A stretch of 64,000 bases of DNA from Balamuthia mandrillaris (taxonomy: Eukaryota). Shown one piece after another: positions 1-10,348 of the stretch. Position 1 is the stretch's first letter. Each line of letters starts with the position of its first letter. The stretch is from contig JAVKOQ020000029.1 in NCBI GenBank assembly GCA_031835245.2, positions 62,001 through 126,000 on the forward strand, read 5' to 3'. The position numbers and the translations under genes are program-made. The notes beneath the pieces were generated by a model. That model ran no database searches and was not told where the DNA came from. It saw only the letters and a program-made list of their open reading frames with translations.

Positions 1-1331
1 ACCAGATGAATTCAAAAAGTTTCACCTGATGCCCAGCTTCAGCCATGAGGACATTGAGGGGGAGGCGGGGCCACTAAATAAAGCTAATTTGAACATGAGG
101 CAGCTGCAGGACCCTCTACCGCAATCCTTTGACTGGTGCCTATCTCTCTTCCCTCCCTTTTTCAGTTCCTTTCCCTTTCCACCTGAACAAGGCAGTTTTC
201 AACCAACACAACACCAAAAGGAGAGGTAAAGGAGCTGTTACCGCCGTGAGGGACCAAGGGCGATGTAACTCCGACTGGGTGGGTTTCTTTCCATTTTCAG
301 TCTTTACCAAACGAAGTGCAAAGATGTTGCGTTGTTCGATGAATAACTAAAAAACGATAGGCCATCACAGTAACGGAGGCGATTGAGTCGGCGTGGTATC
401 TGGCCGGAAACCCGTTAACTAATCTCTCCGTCTCACAAATCGTGGACTGCGACTCCTTGAGCGATGAGTGTCGGGGCGGCGCTCCCCAACTCGCGTATCG
501 CTACGTCATAAACGCCGGAGGGCTGGAGTCGGAGGAACAGGTATGATATGAAACCCTTTCTCGTTTTGGTTTTATCATTCCTTTATTCCATGAAGTCACT
601 CTGTTCTTCATTTACACTTTACAGTATCCCTATCAAAGACCAAGAGGTTGCAAGTGGTGGCCAGCATCAAGAGCTACCTCTACGCCACAACTTCCCACAA
701 CGAAACGGAAATGCAGATGGTGTTGTACAACCAAGGCCCTCTGTCCGTTTGCGTTTCTTCCACCGACTGGCAACACTACCAACGAGGTTTCTAGTCTTCT
801 TCCGTTCCCACTTTCGTTCCTTCCCGTTGTTTTTTTTAGGCAAAGTGGTAACCTGTTCTTGGAAACAACAAAAAAAAAAAAAGGAGTAATGACATACTGT
901 TATGGCATTATGGATCACTGTGCACAGGCAACCGGCTTCACAAGTACATTTTTTTTAATGTTCCTTCTCCGTTCCTCACGGCAGCGGCTAACCGCAAACA
1001 CCACAAGACGTGCAAGGCAGTGATAATGTGACCTATCCCGTTTGGACCATTCGCAATTCTTGGGGTACCCTCATACCCCTTCCCTCTCGCCTTCCATGAT
1101 CCTTCTCTATCTTGTCGCTGCGTTAACCCTAACCATACCACCAACAGGAACGGACTGGGGAGTGGATGGTTACCTCTATTTGGAACGAAACAAGGATTTG
1201 TGCGGTACGTGTTTGCTTTCAGTTTCAGGCTGAAGCCACCTGCCATTAACTTCTGTTTATCCAATTGTGTGTGTGCAGGTGTGGCTGACTTGGCAACCAT
1301 TCCAGTTGTGGACAAGAACACCGTGGTCTGA
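1..1331 (+). CDS. Papain-family (C1A) cysteine protease-like protein, 5'-truncated by the window, multi-exon; catalytic Cys replaced by Asp
   Basis: Joined exons give LPQSFDW|RGKGAVTAVRDQGRCNSDW|AITVTEAIESAW...LSVSQIVDCD...CRGG, then DHCAQATG, WTIRNSWG|TDWGVDGYLYLERNKDLCG|VADLATIP; stop at 1329-1331. Confidence 0.9.
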
Positions 1332-1536
1332 GTTTTGGTTCATCATCTTTCTTTTGTCATAAAAAAAAACCCTTCTTGGGTTTCTTTCGGTCTCTATGCT
1401 CTCGTTGCACCTCACCTGGGTAACTTTGCGTACAACGTCATTGCCACTCTCACGGTTCCTCAGTAGAGTCTTGCTCTTTCAATCAGACTTCTCTCTCTAT
1501 GCTGCTATGCTTCTCGCTTCACTTCTCGCCTCCAAG

Positions 1537-1648
1537 AGAAGAAGAAGAAGAAGAAGAAGAAGAAGAAGAAGAAGAAAAAGTAAAAGAAGAAGAAGAAGAA
1601 GAAGAAGAAGAAGAAGAAGAACAAGAAGAAGAACAAGAACAAGAAGAA
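1537..1648. repeat. (AAG)n/(AAC) trinucleotide microsatellite
   Basis: Visible aagaagaag run between two convergent gene ends. Confidence 0.95.
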
Positions 1649-1777
1649 AACCTTTAGATACTGTTGCTGCACGTGAAGCTTTGTGAATCGTGGGTAGCGA
1701 TGGTTGAAAGTAAAAAAAAAGTTTTTTGTTCGTTTAGGAAACGACAGACAAAGCAAGAACGCCTTGTGGGTTTGTGT

Positions 1778-2154
1778 TTAGTTGGCTGCTTCAGCCTCCT
1801 TTTTATCCAACAATCTATGATTTTTTGAGAAAGAGAATATAAGTCGTTTACAAAAAAAACAAGATAACAAACAAACAAAGCTAACGTACTCATATTTTGC
1901 TTTTCTGCTGAGCTGATAGAGCTGAACGCACTCGTTGGAGAAATGGCAAGAGAAGAGCAGCATGTTCCTCGGCTTTACCATCCACGCGAACCGCATGAAC
2001 AACAGACTGTACACACAAAGAGCTGCATTGAATTTTGATGGTTATTTTTGATCGCGTTTCACACACAACAACGCAAACTGGCTAGAACGAAACGAAGCAG
2101 AGGGACAGAGACGAGCAGCAGTGAAAGAGAGAAACAGCAGAGCGAAGAGAATGA

Positions 2155-2192
<38 letters not shown>

Positions 2193-2596
2193 AGAGGAGC
2201 AAGCGAAGCAAAGAGAGAAGCAATGAGGAGAACGATAGCGAAGCAGAAAACCAAGAATAGAAAACGGAGTGCAGCGTAGAAAGAGAAAAAGAGAAGAGAG
2301 TTTGCTGGAAACCTGAAGTCATAGGAGCGGAGATCATATCAGGAGGCTTCCACATGTCCACAAAGCCCTTCACGATGTTAAAAACAAAAGAAAAGAGGAA
2401 GCCATCAGAGCGATGAAAACAGCTTATCTCAAAGCCCAAAAAAAAGTAGCAAGGAGTGACATACAGCGAGAACGATGCCCCAATTGGCAACGGGTCCCCA
2501 AAAGTGGGTGGACATGAGGTACTGTCTGTACTCCGGCGTTCGGATCTGCTGCGGCAGCGTCCTCACCTGTGTCAACAGCTCTTTGAATGCACTCAT
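1778..2596 (-). CDS. MPC1: Mitochondrial pyruvate carrier subunit 1 (about 4 exons)
   Basis: MSAFKE...[73 protein letters not shown] contains the MPC1 motifs [10 protein letters not shown] and FMRFAW.VxPRN.LL. Confidence 0.93.
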
Positions 2597-2853
2597 GTCG
2601 GGAAGCAGCAACAAACTGACGAAAGATGAGTGCGCACTTTCTTTTCTTCTTCTCCCGCCTTTTGTTATTCCGCTACTTTTTTTGGCCCTCCTGATGGAAT
2701 ATATTCTCGATAAGATCTTGATAATTATTCTTAGTTGACGTCATTTGAGCTTTCTCCACGTAGATCAAACTGATTTAATTGATCATATCTATCGAAATCG
2801 ATACGACGATAATTGTTTTACATCGCCAAAGAAAAAATAAGAACGAGAAAAAG
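2597..2853. promoter_or_regulatory. Putative bidirectional promoter between MPC1 and MPC2
   Basis: 257 bp between divergent ATGs; palindrome TGACGTCA at 2736-2743 and several GATA/ATCGAT words. Confidence 0.6.
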
Positions 2854-3456
2854 ATGGCCACCACGGCAGCCCGTTGGAAGAGCCTTTGGAACCATCCAGC
2901 TGGGCCTCGGACAAGTACGTACACATTCCTGTTCACATGTGCGAATGAGAGATAGCTCTTCAGCGTACTAATCAATCATAAAAGTTCACTTTTGGGCTCC
3001 TGCTTTCAAATGGTTTGTTTAGGTCCTTCACGGAGCTCCGTGATGCGACCGTCCTTCTTGCTTCATGTGTTGTTCTTGCGCCGACAGTTTTTCAAAACAG
3101 GTCTCTTGTCATTGCTGGTATAGCTGATCTCAAAAGGCCTGCCGAAAAGGTTCTTCTGCTCCTCCTTTTGTTTTGCTATTTTTTTTTCACTCATCATCTT
3201 TTACTTCTTCTTGCCACAGATCTCCACTCCTCAATCCACTGGTGTGTCCTCGCTTTGAACAGTTTTGTGTGTGTGTGGTTCATTAACAGACCTTTTGGGA
3301 TAATGCAGCATTGGCAGCAACCGGGTTGATCTGGTCTCGCTACAGCACGCAGATTACTCCTGTCAACTACTCCCTTTTGAGCGTGAACCTGTTTGTGGCT
3401 TTGACTGGTCTTTATCAACTGGCACGAAAGTTAAGGTTTGAGAACATAGCCTTCTG

Positions 3457-3491
<35 letters not shown>

Positions 3492-3629
3492 AGAGAACAG
3501 AACGTAGCCGTAGAGAGCAAAGAGAGCAGAAGAGAAAAAAGAGCACCCGAGAATAACATTTCCTAACACCATCTCTCCATAAGATGGTACTCTGAACAAC
3601 GCAAACTGACTGATATCAGCAAACCATGA
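2854..3629 (+). CDS. MPC2: Mitochondrial pyruvate carrier subunit 2 (about 6 short exons)
   Basis: MATTAARWKSLWNHPAGPRT|VHFWAPAFKW|SLVIAGIADLKRPAEK|ISTPQST|ALAATGLIWSRYSTQITPVNYSLLSVNLFVALTGLYQLARKL|RWYSE..KP*; MPC2 motifs HPAGP.T.HFWAP and GLIWSRYS. Confidence 0.93.
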
Positions 3630-4366
3630 TGAGCCAGCCCTTGATTATATCCACCAAATCATGCACAGAGGCACCACCCACCCACCCACGCTTGTCTTTT
3701 TTTTTATTTTTTTTTAAAACAAACCAAACAAAGAAAACAAATTAGCAAAGCAGCACAGAGCGCCATCATGCCCCCTCCTTCCATTCTCCTTGCTGTTGCG
3801 CTGTTCCTTTCTCCGCCGTGCAGCAGCGCGTCGAGTGCTAAGGTTAGGGTTAGGGTTCGTTGGTGCCCCCTATTATCGCTAAATATTCGCTCGCTACAAT
3901 AATTTATCGTCGGCAAATAATGCGATTGGCGCGCGTCCATTCGTTCGAAATGAATGGAAGGAAGAGACAGGATTGGCGAAGAGAGGGACCCCCCCAAAAC
4001 AACACGTCCTGCGGAATCAACCCTGTCACTCGGTGGCTGAAGAGATGGTATGGGTATATATGAGAATTGCCCCCCGCCCCATATAATACAACTATCAGAT
4101 GCCTCCTCCTTTCTCCTCCTCCTCCGATTTTATGGCTGCTCTCTACCTGTTTGCCACGGCTTTTCTGACAAGCTGTGCCGCAACCAATCGTTGGTTCGGC
4201 CGTACGCTCCTCCCCTCCACTATTTAATAAAAGTTACTCCTCTGCCTCCGGTTACTCATTTCCATCAAACAAACTCATCCACAAAACACCGACAAACAAA
4301 CAAACAAACAAACAAACAAACAAACAAACTACGCGACTACTTACACTCACATTCAACGCGCTTACA

Positions 4367-5740
4367 ATGAGAACACTCCTGGCCGCTTTGGTGGTGGCTC
4401 TGCTGTTCGCTGGCAGCAGCTTCGCCCAACAAGAACAAGAACAGCCACAACAACAAGGATGCGGAGTTGTGGTGGTGAACGCCCTGGCTATTCCGTTTCC
4501 GCTGACCATCCAAGTGGCCAACCAGACGGTGGAGGGGCTGGCCCCTGGCGAGTGCGAGCTCTTCATGAACGTTCCCTGCGGAGAGGGCAGCAACGAGCTT
4601 CCCGTACGCCTCTTTGCCCAACGTGCGGAGGGTGAGGGCGAGGGTGAGGGTGAGGCTCCAGAGGAGAACCCCGAGGGAGACGCGCAGCAGTGCCCTCTCT
4701 TCGTTTCCTTTGTCAACCTCAACACCGCCGAACAACAAGAAGAGCAACAGCCGGACGACCAACAGCAACAAGAAGGCGAGCAACAACAAGAACAACCACA
4801 GCAGCAGCAAACGGAAGGGGAACAACAACAAGACGAACAAACACAGCAGCCGCAACAACAATACATTCACTACTTGGTTGTGTCGCACCGCATTCAGCTG
4901 CAGCAGCAACAACAGAAACCGGACAGCTTCATTGGCTCGTTCCCGTTGCAGTACCAGAACCAGGACTTGCCCATAGCCTTGATCTACGAGAGGGCGGCCT
5001 TGCCTCAGCAGGAGCTCCAGGAGGGCGAGGTTGCATTGGCATTCTGGCACACTGCCGCCGGTACTTCTTTCCCTGTTGACGTCGAGCTCAGAGGAACTCA
5101 GCAGCAACAGGGTGAAGGCCAAGGCCAAGGCCAAGGGGAAGGACAAGGAGAAGGCGAAGGTGAAGGTCAAGGCCAAGGACAAGGCGAAGGCGACGTTGAA
5201 GGCGAAGGAGGAGCTATGGTCCAACAAAGACGCCAGGTAGAGGAACAGCAGGACCAAGAAGGGCAGGTGTTGCAACAATTCACTCTTGAGCCCTACCAAA
5301 GGGAAGACTGGATGGTCATCCCGCAGAACCAGCAGGTCGATGCCATCCTCGTCATGAACGCCAGCCAGCCGCAACAAGACCAACAGCAACAACAGAGCGG
5401 TCAGACTATCTTGCAGCAAAACATCCAACAGGAGTACTCTCAGTTCAGTGGCCAACTCGTCACTGGATTCATCATCACCCCTCCTCCGGAGCTGCAACAG
5501 CAACAAGAAGATGGGGAAGTACAAGGAGAAGGAGAAGGACAAGATCAACCGCAACGACGACAGGAGCAAGAGGACACGGGGCCTACCGTCTTCTTCACCA
5601 ACTGTGCGACGGAGTACTTTGAGATGGTGATGGCACAACAGGAACAGCAACAACAGCAACCAGATCAACAAGATGACCAGCCACAAGAAGAGTCCGATGT
5701 GGCAGCTGACGTTACGGTGCCTGGCGGTTGCTCTCGTTAA
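4367..5740 (+). CDS. Secreted Gln/Glu-rich protein with two beta-rich (DUF4397-like) segments; intronless
   Basis: Signal peptide MRTLLAALVVALLFAGSSFA; segments VVVVNAL..PLTIQV..LAPGE and VALAFWHTAAG..PVDVEL separated by poly-Q and GE/GQ linkers. The domain label is tentative. Confidence 0.75.
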   Translation: MRTLLAALVVALLFAGSSFAQQEQEQPQQQGCGVVVVNALAIPFPLTIQVANQTVEGLAPGECELFMNVPCGEGSNELPVRLFAQRAEGEGEGEGEAPEENPEGDAQQCPLFVSFVNLNTAEQQEEQQPDDQQQQEGEQQQEQPQQQQTEGEQQQDEQTQQPQQQYIHYLVVSHRIQLQQQQQKPDSFIGSFPLQYQNQDLPIALIYERAALPQQELQEGEVALAFWHTAAGTSFPVDVELRGTQQQQGEGQGQGQGEGQGEGEGEGQGQGQGEGDVEGEGGAMVQQRRQVEEQQDQEGQVLQQFTLEPYQREDWMVIPQNQQVDAILVMNASQPQQDQQQQQSGQTILQQNIQQEYSQFSGQLVTGFIITPPPELQQQQEDGEVQGEGEGQDQPQRRQEQEDTGPTVFFTNCATEYFEMVMAQQEQQQQQPDQQDDQPQEESDVAADVTVPGGCSR

Positions 5741-5927
5741 AAATCAAAAATAGTTGTCCATAAGTAATAACATCACGCATTAAGTTCTTTAAGAATGAAC
5801 CAAAAGGAGAACAATATAACAATGTCACTCGGTCCATCTTTCTTGTTCTCTCTTCTATTCTCTTCGCATCTCTCAGTCTGTCCAAAGCGAAGGAATGGAA
5901 TTTTAGCCCTTGCGAAGAGACTCTCTC

Positions 5928-5972
<45 letters not shown>

Positions 5973-6063
5973 CAATAAGAATAGGCCTATATTAAAAAAG
6001 GAAAACAGCAGGGTGTCCCTTGCGGAACCAGCTTTCGAAAGGCAAAAGGAGTACCACAAAAAG

Positions 6064-7545
6064 ATGAGTGAAACGGGGACAGTAAAGTGGAGGGTCGTGC
6101 CCTTGTTTTGGGTCGTTTTGTTGTTGGGTTTGATTAGCTTGCTTCTCTTCTTCGAGCTCAAACGACGTGAAGACCGTATGGAAGGAGCACTTCGACGGCA
6201 GATAGATATGCCGGAACAAAAGCGGGAAGAGTATTACAGCCAAGTGGCGGCTTCCGTTAACCAACTCCAAAAACAGTTTGAAAACCTGGAGTCAGCCGTT
6301 ACTACCCTCCAACAGCTGATGCAACAGGAAGCACAACAAGCAGGACACCAAAAGGTGCAGTCCACTTTGGCAGAACTTCAGAAGCAAGTTCAGAAGTTGG
6401 AAGCTACCCTGGACTCCCGCCAAGAGTTGATCTCCTCCCACGTTACCAAGCCCCCTTCCTTATCCACGCCTCCGCCTTCGCAAAGCAACTCTGCCAGTTT
6501 CTGCACTGCAACGCCGGAAAAAGATCTCCACAACACAGGTCAGTGGCGGCCGATGGACTGGTCCAAACTCTCTCTTCCTATAACAGCCAACCCCTCGGCC
6601 TACACTCGTGAATTCGTTAGTTTTTGCTCTCCTTTCAAATATGCCTTTGTTCAACGGGAGTTCCACTTTTGTCACTATGACCCCAACAAGGACATCTACA
6701 TCAGCAAAGCTCTTGCTTCAGGGTCCTTCTTCGAGCAGAACGAGCTCTACACGGTAACGCGTGGCATTCCCAAGCAGGGGATTGTCTTTGACGTGGGAGC
6801 TAACATCGGCATCTGGACCATATGGTTGGGGGCACGTGGCAACCAAGTCTATTCCTTCGAGCCCATCCAGGACAGTTTCAGTTTGCTCACCCGCAATGTG
6901 GCCATGAACGGGCTTTCAGAAAGAGTTCATTGTTATAACAACGCTCTGGGGGATCGTAACGCTATTACCCGCATCGAAGTCAACCAGAACAACAGGGGCG
7001 GAAGCTTCATAAGGGACTTGCTAGGGTTTGTGCCTGAGCAAAATATAGCGTTGGTAACGTTGGATGGTCTGCTGCCGGAATTGGAACGAAGGCACGGAGC
7101 AAACTTTGAAGTGGAACTAATGAAGGTACCATTAAGTCTCTTTTTTCATGATTACCCTTCGTCATTTTCCATCTCCCACTTATCGGTCACCTTTCTTCAA
7201 TTTATCTTCTATCGATGTTCTCTTTTCTTTTTCTAATCTTCAAGTTCTCTGCGTCGTTCTCCAAAGGTGGACGTGGAAGGTTATGAAGGACGGTTCTTGT
7301 TAGGGGCATCCCAGTTCATGGCCAGACACACTCCCAAAGTCATATTCATGGAGATAACTCCCAATTCTTTGCAGGGTGTTGGCTGCAATGCTTTCAACAT
7401 GCTCGAACATCTCGTAACGACCTTTAGATATTATCCTCATTCGGATAGGCTACAGCCAATCCCTGACTTGAAGGCCTGGGTGTCCAGCATCCATGGTCTT
7501 CGCAACATAGTTTTGTCACAGGATCCCTTAGAACCTGGGTTGTAA
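6064..7545 (+). CDS. FkbM-family SAM-dependent methyltransferase with N-terminal TM helix and coiled coil; one intron at about 7126-7266
   Basis: VFDVGANIGIW, VYSFEP, NALG, TLD and MK|VDVEGYE motifs; TM VVPLFWVVLLLGLISLLLFF. Confidence 0.9.
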
Positions 7546-7782
7546 TGTGCAATAAAGAAGAATTAAAAAAAGAAGATATACAAGATGAAACAGAAACTCG
7601 CTTGCTCCTTCTCACTCTTGAAAAGGCGTTTCTTTCTTCTCTGGTCAATTTATTTTATCGTTTATCTTTCGTCGTTCGCCACCGGAACGTCGTTTCAAAA
7701 CCAGCCCAAACAGTGGAGGAGAAGTTGCATTACAGCATCTACAAAATCTTTTATTTGTATGAGACAAAAGAAAGTACCAAAC

Positions 7783-9168
7783 CTAAAAATTCATGGAACT
7801 ATAACTTCTGTCACCTCTTGACTTGGAGTAATCGCTGGAATAAGCGCGCAGCTTCGACGTACGGGTCACGCCGGACCGGCGCAGTTCCTCAACGGCACTC
7901 CTGGTTCTCTTCAGCAAAGATTCCACTCCGAGTTGACCTCCCAACTGGGCATTGTCCACCTCCACAATGCCTTCCAACAACTCCATTGCCCTTTCATACA
8001 AAGCGATGCATTGATCTCTTCTTTCTTTGTGGGACAACGAGGCACCACCAGCCCCCATTAAGTGATGTAGCTGCTTGTCTATCTCTGCGGTCTGTTGAAT
8101 CACCGTCTGGGCATGCACTTCGACATTCTTGCTGTTTTCCACCCGTTCGTGCTCATCCGTGAAGCCTATCTTCATGGTCTGCACTATGCTTCTTTCCACT
8201 GGTTCACCTGTGATAGGGTCCTCCATCTTAAAGATCAACTGACAATGCAATACTTCTTCGTCTTGTTTCTCATCACCGCTTTCCCCTTCTTTTCTTCTTC
8301 CTTTTGGAGAAACTTCCATTTCCAACACAAGTGATCGAACGTTGTCTGCACGAAGGTCTCCCAACCGTACGCCTCCTGTCAAAGCCTGCCCTTGATCCTT
8401 CTGCCCATAGACCTTGCGAACGAGGCCTGAATGGACGCCTTGCACGCGCAGCACCGCCTCCATGGCCACCACGTTTTGCATAAAGTTAAGGGCAAAGGAA
8501 ACGAAGTTCGGAATGGCATTGGCTCCTTCGATGAAGAAGAACGCTCCATGGCCACCACGCTCCGCAATCGCCGTCATCAACTCCTCGTCAAAGTCCGAAC
8601 CAAGACCAAAGGTGGAGACTTGAATGCCGTGAGGTCCATAAAGTTCGTTGGCCACTTTGTTTAGGATCAGGCTCTTGTCTTGTACTCCTTCGTTCACGAG
8701 ACCGTCCGAGAAGAGGAAGACACGGGGGCAATAACCGGCCTTCGCATGTCGAACCAAAAGCTCAGCTCCTCGCTCGAGTCCCGCCCACAAGTTGGTGTAA
8801 CTACCCGCTTGGATGCTGTTTACTTTGGTCATGAGGGCATCGCGCTGGGAGATGCTCGCGTTCTCAAAGATGGTGTCCGCCTGCGAGTCGTAGCACACGA
8901 GATGGAGTACATCGTCTTCGCGCAAGCTCTCAATAAGTCCTGTGATGGCAGCCATTGCGTTATCGAGCTTGCTTCCTTGCATGCTTCCAGAACGATCCAA
9001 AACGATGGCCAGGTTGAGAGGCATTCGTGGTTTGCTCGCTTCACTGGTAGGAAGCGGGCCAGTTCGGAGCTTGACCAGGACGTCCACCTTGTTGAGGACC
9101 CCAGAGAGAGCGTAGTTGTGGGCCGGGAGGAGCTCCACTTTCACCAGGTCATCCACTTCGGCTTGCAT
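7783..9168 (-). CDS. von Willebrand factor A domain protein (YfbK-like); intronless
   Basis: MIDAS motif LAIVLDRSGSM, TNLWAGL, FLFSDGLVN, STFGLGSDFDEELM. Confidence 0.9.
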   Translation of the reverse strand: MQAEVDDLVKVELLPAHNYALSGVLNKVDVLVKLRTGPLPTSEASKPRMPLNLAIVLDRSGSMQGSKLDNAMAAITGLIESLREDDVLHLVCYDSQADTIFENASISQRDALMTKVNSIQAGSYTNLWAGLERGAELLVRHAKAGYCPRVFLFSDGLVNEGVQDKSLILNKVANELYGPHGIQVSTFGLGSDFDEELMTAIAERGGHGAFFFIEGANAIPNFVSFALNFMQNVVAMEAVLRVQGVHSGLVRKVYGQKDQGQALTGGVRLGDLRADNVRSLVLEMEVSPKGRRKEGESGDEKQDEEVLHCQLIFKMEDPITGEPVERSIVQTMKIGFTDEHERVENSKNVEVHAQTVIQQTAEIDKQLHHLMGAGGASLSHKERRDQCIALYERAMELLEGIVEVDNAQLGGQLGVESLLKRTRSAVEELRRSGVTRTSKLRAYSSDYSKSRGDRSYSSMNF

Positions 9169-10348
9169 GTTTGTTTGTTGCAGTACTTGATGTTTAACGT
9201 TTGTTGTAAAGTTGAAGGACGGGATCCTTCCCTCTTCTGTTTTTAAATGGCATGCGGGGAGAAGGCACATTCCCTGAAGGAAGGCCAAAAAACACACACA
9301 CAGGGTCTCATTTTCGCACGGGATAACTATAAATACTCCCACCTGCAGTTCGTTGTTGTGTTACTGGAGGCGAAAATGGGGTCAGTTGATTTTGTTTCAC
9401 GCGCCAGCAATCTTCACTTCAAATCTTTCTTTGCTTTAATTAAAAAATATTTACCGACTTAAAAAAATATATATAATCGAAAAGTTTATAATTTTTTGAT
9501 TAAAAAAGTTTACAGCTATCGACAAAAAATGGCTCATGTCAAGTGTAAAGAATTCTTCAGCAGGAAAGAGATGCGAAGAGGTTCATTCCTTCTGGTTGTT
9601 TTTTTTAAACAGAAAGCGAAACGAACCACCTCAAACGAAACCTTCAAAAGATATTCCTCTTTCTAATCATCGCCATTTTGTTTACAAAAAATAATAATAT
9701 TAATAAAATAAGAAAGCACTCATACCAAACAAATAATCTTCTTCGGGCGAGTTTCAACATGTTTGTCTTTTGTCCCTTTCTTCTGCTTCTTCCTTTTTTC
9801 TATCTTCTTCCAACATGGAGAAGGAAAAGGAGAAAAAAGAGGTAGAGAAGGGAAGAAAGAAAGTGAAAAGACCATTCAAAGCGGCCTATTGAAGTGTAAT
9901 CATAGTGCAAAAAAATGAAGAAAGGAGAGAAGAGAAGAGAAGAGAGGAGAGGAGAGGAGAGGGAAGAGAGAGAGAGAGAGAGAGAGAGAAGAAAGAAGAA
10001 AACTGTTCGTCAGGACTTCTCGCAGATGCAAAACAAAAGTTATGCGTCTGATATCACCAGAATTCTTTCATTCTTCAGCATTGGCTTGTTTTCATCATTC
10101 GAACAGCAATAATAAAACGAAAAGAATAGAAAAGAATAGAAAGGAGAGAAAAAGACAAAAAAGAAAGAGTGCACACAAAAAGAAAGAAAAAAGAGAAAAT
10201 CTCATCTCTTTTTTTTTCCTCCACCAGTATAAAAAGCATTGGCAGATAAGAATAATAAAAATACAACACCAAATAAGAAAGAAAAAGAAAAACTGGGAAC
10301 TGTTTACCTTCGTTAGCTTTGTTCTTGTCTCCTCTCTCTTTTGTTATT

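Noticed and set aside
3841..3857. GGTTAGGGTTAGGGTT telomere-like motif
   Set aside because: Only about 2.5 units; cannot be distinguished from chance or a promoter telo-box.
4252..5686. Antisense Cys-rich and Leu-rich ORFs over the Q-rich gene
   Set aside because: Shadows of CAA/CAG codons on the coding strand.
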